DNA of 64,000 bases from the NCBI GenBank assembly GCA_012295275.1, contig CM022665.1, positions 4,402,001 through 4,466,000 on the forward strand. Reading direction: 5' to 3'. Within the stretch, counting starts at the first letter, position 1. The number at the start of each line of letters is the position of its first letter. The position numbers were made by a program, and so were the translations under genes. Of this stretch, positions 31,592 through 43,500 are shown one piece after another. Under the pieces are notes generated by a model that ran no database searches, had not been told where the DNA came from, and saw only the letters and a program-made list of their open reading frames with translations. Source of the DNA: Chrysomallon squamiferum (Eukaryota; Animalia; Mollusca).

Positions 31592-31933
31592 ACTTTTAAG
31601 TTAATTAAGTTTCAACAAAGGTATTACTTTTGTTTGTCAGTTTTCATCAGTAATTATTCTGACTTAAAGAAACATATCCGTAACGCAGAGAATTCTATTA
31701 CATATTTATTTATTTATTTAATTATTATTTTAATGCTGTTGTATTGGTGTAGCTGTTTTTTTTTTTAAATCATATATTCTTAGTAACTAGATCTACATAT
31801 TAGAGGAAGTAAGGAAACAAGCTATGACACAGAACGCAATTATCGTCCATCTGGTTTATGGGATTGGTTTCTTAATTAATTAATATCGATAGTCCCAATA
31901 CTTTCATGAACTACGCAAAGGCAAGTACACATT

Positions 31934-31934
<1 letters not shown>

Positions 31935-31998
<64 letters not shown>

Positions 31999-32016
31999 CA
32001 CATAAGGGCACATTTG

Positions 32017-32082
<66 letters not shown>
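31935..32082. repeat. (AAT)n and (CT)n microsatellites
   Basis: Directly visible in the sequence. Confidence 0.95.
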
Positions 32083-32084
<2 letters not shown>

Positions 32085-33340
32085 CCCCATACGTTCACAT
32101 ATCATTAAATATACAAACGTACAAAATTTACACAACAAACAACGTTATGTTATTACTATAGTTTTTCACCTCCAACGAAACCTATTTTTTTTTATTTCAC
32201 ATTTGTATTTATAAAATATGTCAAAGCTGCTTTAAAGGTATATTGGTTATAACGTCTGTTGTCGTTCTTTCGTTTTAATTTTATTTGTATATTATCTAAC
32301 TCACAATACAGCTTTTCTTTGTGAAGAAATTATTTCTGCTACCGTTATTTGACTCCCTTGTGAAATGGAAAAGAAACGACCCTGGGGAACTGCCTCAGTC
32401 GTGACAATTTGATAATAAAGCTTTGTATCTGAACAGCCGATCATAGCTGCACTGGATGCATTAATAATAAATCTACTTGCTTTCTCATTTTTCAAGAAGA
32501 GAAAGAAGGCACGTTTACAAATTCCGATTACTAAGCGAACGTACGTTTATTTACAGATCCATTTCGTCTTCAAGGATGGATACCTACATGATTATTATGT
32601 ATGTATTTCCTTCACCCCTTTCTCCTCAATAATAATTTTAATATAAATGTATAGTGAATGTAGTCACCAAAAGAAAAAAAGCACTGACACACACGCACAC
32701 AAACCCGCCCCGCAAAAAATATAAAACACACCCAAAAAAAACCCACAATAACAAACAACAAACGAAAACAAATATAAGGTAAACTCGACGCAACAGACAG
32801 ATGGCAGAAACTTCAAAGATTAATCGAATCACTTATGAAAATCTTGTGTTTATTCTTCCATTACATACTTCTCTTATAGTAACGTATTGGCTTACATACA
32901 GACTGCTGATAAATATTCCTATTCATTTCGTGAGTGACATTTAGGTGTATTATAACAGATCAGACAAGCGACTAAAAACACACGAATAAATGCTGTTCAA
33001 CTCTTGTACAAGTCAACAAACCAAACAAACCTTTGCTGGCTAATACACGGGTTTCATAATAAATATATACAAAATGAAACGTTGTTAATATAATATAACG
33101 TAAGTTTACTTAACAGGGTTTGGGTTTGTATTAACATATATTAATTTTTGTTTTGTATTAATACAAAATAACTGAAGTTAATATTAATTTATCAAGGCTG
33201 AGGATACCTGGTACGTTAAAAAAAAGAAAGCTGTATACATAATATATATTATAAGTTCCGCAGTAGTGAAAAGGTCCTGAAAAAAACTGAATTACTGCTA
33301 TAATGAATACATTTTTAAATAATTTAAGCAATAAAACCTG

Positions 33341-33380
<40 letters not shown>

Positions 33381-33612
33381 AATAAAAAACCCCCAGAAAA
33401 ACATCTTCAATAAATTCTACATTTTGTTATTCTGAAGTTTTCTTTTTCATTTTAGTTTTATTGATTCCAAAAGTTTTGATTAAAGAGTTTATCATTTCAG
33501 TTACTGAATATAAAAAGGGATACTAGTACACATTTTTTTTTTTTTTTTTTAAACTAGATAAATAAACTAATACATTAAAAAAAAAAAAAATTAAAATCAC
33601 TCATTCACTTAC

Positions 33613-33882
33613 CTTTGATCAAAGAATCTCTGTTTTGTGATTTGATGCGGTATTTTAGTGAAAACATGATTGTTATTATAACACATTCAAGTAAATCTTC
33701 ATTTTCTGTTTTCTTTCAGTCACTTCTGTGGCTTGTAACATTCAAGACAGATTTTAAAGGACTAATCATAGCAAAATTGAGATGTCGAAGCCGTCACGGG
33801 ACATTTCATTAACTCAAACCATCATGCACGTGTCGCGATCCTCTAGCACAGTGATGTTCTTCTTATTCGAATCTCTACAGAC
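33613..33882 (-). other. probable spliced exon (5' UTR or first coding exon) of an unidentified minus-strand gene
   Basis: On the minus strand a long polypyrimidine tract ends in TTCCAG|G at 33883/33882, and a consensus donor AAG|GTAAGT lies at 33613/33612. The last ATG reads MFSLKYRIKSQNRDSLIK, open into the donor. Confidence 0.5.
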
Positions 33883-34059
33883 CTGGAACAGTAAGAAAAC
33901 CAAACAGAAAAAAAAAAACTTAAAAAATTCCAGTTGTTCTTTTAATCTCCTCTTTTGTTACTTTCGTATCATTGGACACGGTAGCTTATTGTTCACTTTT
34001 AAAAATCGAAGTCGGTTTCCGATAAGAAAGGTAACTCTATCAGTCATACAATCTGACAT

Positions 34060-34450
34060 GTTTGCGGCAACAAACAACATGCCGTTGCCAGAGCAAGGCA
34101 TTACCGATCAGGAAGGAATCTATATTATCGTGCTTTGAAGCTGGGAAACGTTTCGACGACAGACACAGGCCGAGCGTGTCGCCTGCATTCAACCGGTTAT
34201 TCTCCTCATTTACGCCGCACGTTACACTGAAGGGCTTTGGGGATCCATTCACGAGTCGTGAATTGTCGATCACTCTTTGCTGAGTCACACGGCGCGTTTC
34301 GTTCGACGCTCAGTCGTGGGACGCGACGCCTCAGGAACCATTCCGCAAAAGCGGTGTCCATTCGGTTCACGTAGTCGATAAAATATCGGCCAGAAATCCT
34401 TTTGCGTCAAATCACTTGTAGATTTTATCAAACAGATGGGCGGTGTGCTA
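34060..34450. promoter_or_regulatory. CpG-rich promoter / first-exon-like island
   Basis: Sharp local rise in GC and CpG content (e.g. CACGGCGCGTTTCGTTCGACGC, GGACGCGACGCC) in very AT-rich DNA, just upstream of the minus-strand exon. Confidence 0.5.
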
Positions 34451-35953
34451 TAGTTTCATTTTACCAAGTTGAAAAAAAAAAAAAAAAAAAAAATAATGTC
34501 TATAATCAGGGCTAACTTAGGTCTTTGTGGGTCGACTAAATTATTGCGTCAGTTAAATAGGGTTTTGTTGTTGTAAGTGGTGTAGGCCTGTTTTAGTGTT
34601 AATTGAGGGGACTGCTAGGTTTGTGTTATTTTAAAATACTTTTCTCTTTGATAAAAAAAAATAAAAATTATTGATGATATTTTATCGTGCCATTTTTACA
34701 ATGGAATTAATTGGTATCCATAGCTCAGGACGATCATAGTTAGATTAATTTTGTGTTTACAGGAATTTAAGATTAATTGTTCATAGTAAGAATAAAACCA
34801 GCGAATCACTTCATCGTCTCTTGAAACCAGCTTTATATGCACCTTATACACATTTTAAATGTTCTTTGCGAAATACAATATACTACGTACCACTATCTTT
34901 AACAAACCGTTACTAATTTGTTATTTTAGTTAAATGGGGAGACAACTGACGTATATGGCCGTAATTAGACTCTTTTTGAAATGAGGCAAAAACACTTAAC
35001 CGCCGTGCGGGGCGGGGTAAAAACACTGGGGTAGGGGTCTCAGGTCCCCATAAGCTCCGACTTGAAAGAAGCAAAAATCCTCGATTCTAGCCATTTAATT
35101 ATATATTTTTAAAATAAAATCTTAGTATAAAAAATAAAATAAAATAAAATAAAATAACAAAATAAAAAAAACAATCAAGAAACAAGAAATCGTCGATTTC
35201 GGTATGAGGCATTTGCCATGACGTATATACACTTTATTTATATTTCATTATTTTATTTTATTTTTTTTTTCTGTATAATCCCACATCAGTTAATTGTTCG
35301 GCTTTTTCCCACAGAGAAAAACGTAAATGTTTACAGTATTTTATTTATTTTTCATACCTTTTTAAGCCTTGAAATAACATAATTATATATATAAAAAAAA
35401 AAATGTCATCCGTCTTAAAAAGCTAATTTGAGATAGTGGTTCTCCTTAATATTTTGTTGATAATACAGTTAATTGGCATTATCAGCAAACCCGCCCCCCC
35501 CACCTCGGTAATCTAAATCTGCACTTACGTGAAATGTTTTAATCCATCATATCTGATTAACTGATTGTTACGCAAGGACACACACACACACACACACACA
35601 CAAAAAAAAAACCTGTAACATTATCATTCAATCATTTCTATATTTAGACTGGCAATTCGCAACATTTACTCGTTTAGAAGGCACTGTTGAGATTTAACGA
35701 ATGATAATATGGTATTTTGTTGATTACTTAACCTTTTTATTTATATAACCTTTTAAACAATGCAGAAATAAAATAAAATAAAATAAAATAAAATAAATTA
35801 CTTAACCTTTTTATTATATAACCCTTTAAACAATGCAGAAATAAAATAAAATAAAATAAATAAATAAATAAATAAAATTTTCAAGTTTCGTGAACGTATG
35901 ATTTGAATATGGCTACGTGATTATAAACTTAAATTTATAGATCTGTTTGTTGT

Positions 35954-36000
<47 letters not shown>

Positions 36001-36094
36001 AAAAAAAAAAAACCCGCAGGAAACTGTTTTAAACAATTTTGTACCCACTTTCCCAGCTTTTGTATTAAATCGTAATCCAGAATGCAAAGTTAAT

Positions 36095-36200
36095 ATGTGT
36101 TAATTTGTATGTGCGAAAAACAAATGTAGATTAATCTGCTTTATACATGTATAAACCAGATTTATCTATAGTTGATTTTCGCACATACAAATTAACACAT
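36095..36200. repeat. 106-bp loopless palindrome
   Basis: Two 53-nt arms are reverse-complementary at 48/53 positions, centred on TTTATACA|TGTATAAA. Confidence 0.9.
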
Positions 36201-36280
36201 GATTTTTAAAGGAATATGTGTATATAAAGCAGATATATCAATAGTTGTTTTTCTCACACATACACACACACTTACACACA

Positions 36281-36322
<42 letters not shown>

Positions 36323-36611
36323 GATGCTATATAGCCTTATTTTACATAATAATAACAGTGAAAGATTTCCCTTTTTTTTTTTTTTTTAAACGTACATTTC
36401 TGATTTTGCTAGACATTTGTAGTTATTCAGTGAAGTAAGGCTGGCAACATATTATGTTCATACGGAATGCCAGGACATACTGTGAATAAATTACTTACAG
36501 TCTTGTATCATACACAAATATATAATTATTAATAATATGATAATGTAATGACAGAGTAGTCAATAGCATGACACATACTTAATACAGGTGTGTATGTGTG
36601 TGTGTTATACA

Positions 36612-36669
<58 letters not shown>

Positions 36670-37412
36670 CAACAATGATGATAATGATAACAATGTGTTC
36701 CACTTATTCTTTTTCACATGATTTTTAAAGGAATATTAACGAAATAAATCAGCCACCAAACACTACAGTTATTTGTTTACCTTTAATTTGTTGTTGTTTT
36801 GTTATTGTATGCTGTTTTTTTGTTGCTAAATATTATACTTTTTAAACTGTTACTAGTAATTTGAATTTTTAGTGTTTTGATAACTGGACTTCTTAAAGTT
36901 AAATTTTATTTCATCTGAATTAACAAGCATTTTTACACAATAACTATACATTTTCTATAACTGCAGTATTGAGTGATTTTTGATTCATCAAATAAAAATA
37001 ATTCAAGTCTTCACTTTCATTCTTCATTAAGTAAGCAATGCATGATGCATTTTCGTGCTGATGCGTGTCAGATATCTTGCATCTTCTCTTTTATTCCAGT
37101 TATTAATATTTTACATTTTATCTGTTATATACCACTTTCAAAATGAGTTCTTGATAACGATCGTTACTGAGATGAAAACTTAGTAATCAAAGTTTTTATT
37201 TTATTTATTATTTATTTCTTACTGACTAATAAATTAACAATAAAACAAAATTGACTTATTATCAGTTATAACGATCATTTCTGTTTGCAATTTTTTAAAT
37301 CGTGTTTCCAGTATGCAAATCGAACTGAGCTTAGAATATAGAGAAATAATAAATTATGTACAACTTCTGATATAAATACCAAATATATATATATAACTTT
37401 AAATGATCATAG

Positions 37413-37443
<31 letters not shown>

Positions 37444-38820
37444 TTCGAATTAGGGTTGACATGAAAATTAGGTGCAAAACGTTCAAGTCAAAATACTTGG
37501 AATATGGAATGCTATTATTCAACTACATTTTAAGTAACCAGTGATCCGAAGATATCATTAGAATGAAATCTTATTTGACCGATAAACTTTGTGCTTCATT
37601 TCAAAGCTATTTGAACTGACTATAGAACCATGTATGTCGTTTTTTGTTATTTTAATTTAACTACGAACTATGGTTCCAGAGATCACGTATGTCATATCAT
37701 TTGTCATTTGGAAACTATACACGATAGATTATATAGATTATGTGATATGATTATTTTAAAATGTAGAACAGGACTGCATTTCATATAACTGGGAAAAAAA
37801 GCTCTGCTAGTTTATTTGAATGCTGACAAATCAACATTATTCAAAATATCGGAAAAAGTAACGTTTAGAACGTGGGACTTTCAGTAAAAATAAAATAAAA
37901 TAAAATAAAATAAAATAAAATAAAATAAAATTAAATTAAATTAAATTAAATTAAATTAAATAAAATAAAGGAGTTATTATTATTATTATTATTTTAATGA
38001 AGTAGGATACTCTTTATATTGCTGTGTTAATTTTTGTAATCAGTTTTCTAATATAATTACGCACCACCACACTCACATCAATCATTTAACATGTGTTCGG
38101 TTGAGCTTTAAATACGTCCGTAATTACTTGCTTTTATACCCGTATCGTTTAATTTTTAAAATGTTATTTACAACGTTATCGTATTTGGTTTTTATAACAA
38201 AAATTAAATTCTACTATGGTCCGGCTTGCTTGAAGGAAAATGCTTTATGAACAATTACTGAATTTAGAGTCTGACCTTGCATAAAACGAATAACATTACG
38301 AAAGGGTAGTCGTGTAAATATTGAAGAAATATTTTATATCACAATGCATTTTAATTGCCGGATATCATGCACATTGCTAAAAAAAAAAAATCTGTAGATA
38401 AAGAGAGAGGAAACCAAACAACTGGCTACTGTTTTTCAGTAAGCAGAAAGTAATATATTTTCTTTACTAGAGAAACAAATATACGTTCTTTGGGCTTTAA
38501 TAACGCAATGATCTTGCACTTTAAATATTACTTTCCTTCCTTCATATTTATTTTCAAAATCAAAATAGTTTTCATTTCACTGATATTTTTGGATGATGGA
38601 TTACAACAACCTTTTACGCACCTATCCTGTAATACCAATGAAAGAACGAGATTTATGCCGAACTTTGGTGATTTAGACGTTCAAGATCCTGACCATGCGT
38701 AGAACACTAACACTTTAAAGATTTTAGTAAAAACACTGTAACAAAGGATCGAAATCATAGACCAATAACCTTATGTAACCAATTTGTATATATATATACA
38801 GACTGAAGTGAACTAGATAA

Positions 38821-38896
38821 TTATTCTGATTTTACTTTTACGGAACCAGAACCATTAACCGAATTTTGTTTTCTTAGACATTCATGAAAATGACAC
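38821..38896 (-). pseudogene. old inverted relic of the 3' end of SMARCAD1 exon 2
   Basis: The reverse complement of 38827-38873 matches 41145-41191 at 37/47 nt without gaps (KQNSVNGSGSVKVKS vs [15 protein letters not shown]). Upstream, VSFS*MSKK aligns with VSSPWFSKK. Confidence 0.6.
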
Positions 38897-40503
38897 CAAA
38901 GTCTTCGGACATTTCGTTCTCTGTTCTGTACACAGCTGCCTTGAACCACGAAAGCAAAATGATGTAATCTGAGAAACTGACCTTCGATCCCCATTTCGTC
39001 AAATTCATTATTTAAATTAAATCTGACATCCGAAGAAAGAGACAAAAATTATTACTTTTATGGTGGATGATAAAAATAAAAATCACGTTCAGGTGCGTTT
39101 CGATATCGTATCTGTTGTTGTTCTCATTGCAGTCTTAGCCGGATTGTTGTCTGAGATTAAGACTTTCTTTCGCTGTTCTTATCTATCAGTGATGCTTTAC
39201 CATTATTTTCAAAGTTACAAACTGTCTGTAGAATATTTCAAGTCATTCAACCCGCTCAAACCAAGGGAACCTGTGAAAATATAAACTAAAGAATACTTAA
39301 GGGTTCTTTAATTTACCATAATTTGTGGTCTTCTTAGCTTGTTTTATATCCTTTCTAGCTATGCAGTTTTATAAATTATAAATGTAGCCATAAATTGTCT
39401 GTTGCCTATATATTTTCAAAGTAAAGATAAATCGAAATTTTCTATAGTAAAATTTATTATTGTTGTTGTTATTATTATTATTATTGTTGTTGTTGTTGTT
39501 GTTGTTGTTATTATTATTGTTGTTGTTGTTGCTGTTGTTGTTGTTGTTGTTATTATTATTATTATTATTGCTTGAATTGCCGGTACCTTCATCCGATCCT
39601 GTTATTATTATTATTATTAGGCCTGCTGTTGTTGTTGTTGTTTTTTTGATAGATTATAGAATATCTTATAACATATAAATATAATATCGTAAACTTAAAT
39701 TTAAAAAAAAAAAAAAAAATAAAAAAGTTGAATGCTGCATTAATATGGCAAACAGCTTCTATTTTCTGCTAGTTTTATCGTTATTGCTATAATGACATTA
39801 TTAGTTGAAAACTTAGTAATCAATGTTTTGTTTTATTCTTTATTTCTTACTGACTAATAAATTAACAATAAAATCTATAAATAAATTAATAAAAATTAAA
39901 TAATGGGAATACTAGCTGTATATTTTAATTGTCTGTTGTTTATTATCAAGAATATCCAAATCTTTACATTCTAAAACGATGTAAATGTAAAAGCTATCCT
40001 GCTTATGTATATTAACACTAACAACAAAAATCTGTTTTTGGGTATTTTTGTTTTTAAACTGCAACCTTTCTCAACCTCTGCGACACCAATTGACTGGCCA
40101 TGTGAAATGAAAATTATCGTGATTAAAAACCAAATCTGGAAGGGAGATAATCACAAAGAGCTCTTTTTACTTCCGAAAACAACCTTATTGTGTCAATTTC
40201 CTTTTGCGAGGCAAACATGAGGGAAAAAAATCGTTTAATACAGTTCGCTTCATTATCGCTATTCATACTTTTTGGTTAAATCGTGCATAGTATTCATTTA
40301 AACTGACGATCTGGGTTATAAAGAAAATGTCCTCCGCATATCTTCGGTATTAATTCTGTTTAGAGCGGCAATTCTTTTGTTGTCCGTTATTATTTGTATT
40401 TTGTTTTTTAAATTTCCCTTGACGCCTTCTGTCAAACTATTATTTGTCAGCTTGATATTGTAATTTATGTTTCTTTCTTCTGAAAAAATATTTTGGTTAA
40501 ACA

Positions 40504-43500
40504 ATGAATTCCAAACCGCAAGTTAATACACTTCTAAAATACAGATTTGTTAAAAGGGGAACGTCTTCACCAAACGAAAATGAGAAAAACGGCGGTCAGA
40601 GTGAGAAATCTAGTCCAGAAACATTCCAAAAAGAAGACATCACAGGCCATTCAGAAAATAATGTTGATTCGCAGGGTATTTTATTTGTATTCTATCTCTT
40701 CTTAATTAATGAAATTTAAAGGGTTAAAATCAAGAGTGGAGTTTTAATAAATTTATGCAAATTTAGTAATAACATTGTTTTATAATTATCGTTTTTGGTG
40801 ATACATTTTTATTTTTTTATTTTTTTTATTTTAATAAATATGCTAGTATATACTACATATGGTTTAAAATAAATTCATTGTAAATGATATATATAAATTT
40901 ATGAAATAATACTTTATTAATAAAATAATTACAAGTTAGAATGAGATCGCAGTTTTCTTCACACATTTATTTACAGAAATTAGCCAGACAACAATTCCAG
41001 AGACTCCAGCTGCCAGCACACCATCTAGTCCTGAGTCTCCTTTATTTGGACCAAAAACTAAAGTGATTCGACCAATTGTCATGTGCGATTCAGAAGAGTA
41101 CCAGGAACCAACAGTCTCCTCTCCATGGTTTTCAAAGAAAAAAGGAAAACAAAATGTGGTTAATGGTTCCGCTTCTGTCAAGGACAAATTAAATAGGTAT
41201 ACAGTTAATATTTTATTAAAATAGTACATTGGGTAGATTTTGTTAAGTTGGAATGGTTGCTATGCCTTTTCAGTTTCCATTAATTAATGATTTTAACCTG
41301 TTATGAGTAGAATTCTGTTTAAGTCCAATTTCAGGTTTAAATCTGAGAACAAAATACGTATTTATGATAGAAAATTATATCGCTAGGACTGGATATGTGA
41401 GATTGATGGCAAGTGCCTATTTTAATATATTTCAGTAAAATGATGGTCAGTATAAAACTGTATTTCAGGTTTTAGTTTTTTCTGTTTTTCTCTCTGTTTT
41501 CATACGACGCTAAAGTGATATTAATTTTTAAAATTCCATCTAAATAAGTAATTTTGAAAGACTGCCATAAGAAAATATAATTATTATATTTTATTTATCT
41601 GACCAATGCTTTTTCAAGAACCATAACTCAAACACTGCCTCCATCCCCACACCCAAAAACCTAAACCCAAACCCATGTCTGTTTTGATGTTATATAAACC
41701 AGCACATTCGGTTTAGTATTGACTGTCTTGTAATAATATTAAAAATGACTGACTACATTAACTATAACAAATTCACCTGCTGAATAATGTACTGGATTAA
41801 TGTTTAATTCTTAATTACCATTCATCTTTGTCACATACAATCTCATAGATGAATGTAGCTGATTGTTAGTAATGTAAATATAAATAAACATAACCAGTAT
41901 TTGAAGTCTTTAAATTCAAATCAAAATCAGTTTGCCAAAAATAAAACTGCTCCCATTAGTATTGTACCATTTACACTGCTAGGCTTATTCGCAGTACTAA
42001 TTTTCATCAGTTTTTTAAATTTAATTTTTTACTTATAGTTATATACATTTTTTTTTTAAATCTGTAGATTCCGAAGAAACCCACTTCGTGTAAACAGCAG
42101 TGTGGACTACAATTTGGCTAACAGCGATTCTTCATCAGATGACAGTTGTGAAGAGGCAAATTTTGACAGCAAGATCAATGATCTTAAGGTTCTCTATCCT
42201 TCAAGGACAAGGCTGGAGCTGGAACAAGGACTTGAAATGTACGGTGGTGATCTGGATGCACTGGTTGCAACCATGATGAGTGGATCATTTGACCGGGGTT
42301 TGTTAATGATTTTTAAATTTAATTTCATTTAAAAAATTATTCATGTTTTTGATTAATTTAAATTAATTTTTTTGAACTAAATTCACCAAAGTTGTCTTAT
42401 TCAAAGAAAATGTGTAATTGCATGATAAAGTTAATTAATTTCATTTATACCACAATATTGCACTCAGTCAGATCAAATACATTTCAGTTAACTTCATGGT
42501 TCTTTTTCCAGACTATAACTGTCACATTCTATAATTAGTGAAATAATACTTTGCATTTGCAAAATTTGTTAAGTTTGAAAAAATTATTAACAATTATTTT
42601 CTCTTTTTTTCCCCATTTGTATATCACATCTGAATCCACCTTTCAGAGTGAAGCATTAAAAAGTATCGATATCTGTATATTATCTTTAATGTTATCTTCA
42701 GAACTGAATGCTTTTCAAAGCAAGAAGAAAAGAAAAGCAGAAACTGTTAACAGTTTATCTAAAGATTCTGGACGCCAGTTCAAGAGAATTCGAACATTTG
42801 TTTCGTCAAGTGACAGTGAAGATGATGGAAATAATTCAGAAAAGGTCACTGACACACAGTCCACTGATCTTGACAAAGATACAAAAGAAGAACGACTAAA
42901 TTTCCTACATGATGCTTTCCCAAATCATAAAGCAGAGGTGATAATAATGTTTACTGAGTATTTTATTTTAAAGAAGAATTGTTGAATAAAATATTGTTAA
43001 ATAAAAGGTACTACTTTTGTTAATTAATTAGATGTTATTCTTCATTATTAAATTAAGTAAGTAAATAAATATATTTAGATGATTATTAAAGTATTTTTAT
43101 TTTATTTGACAAATGCCAACATATATCTTCTACTATATCAGTTCTTCTGCTTTATAAAAATACATTCAAATTTTTTTCACCAGCAGATAATTAACATATT
43201 AACTAATGAAACTGATTAAATGCTGAAAAATGGTAGTGCATTGTAGAGTGTTATGTTATTTGTTGTTGTTTGAATTTATTTCAGGAGCTGCACAATGCTT
43301 TGACTGAGAAGAACTGGAGTACAGAAGAAGCAGTCATACTACTGACTGCAAAGGCAGAGAAAAAGGTTGAAGATAAACCAAAGAAAGCCAAGAGAGAAAA
43401 ATGTAAGTAATCGTACAATTCACATGGATGTTTCTCCTTGAATGCAAATATAACTTACTTTAGATTTTTTAGAACTGCCTTTATTCTTTTTCTGAAACTG

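Noticed and set aside
34950-35100. G-rich patch resembling DNA-transposon subterminal sequence
   Set aside because: No matching terminal inverted repeat or target-site duplication could be defined.
38821-38875. VNGSGSVKV read at first as the VNG motif that precedes the ATP-grasp core
   Set aside because: Nucleotide identity to SMARCAD1 exon 2 (37/47) explains it better.
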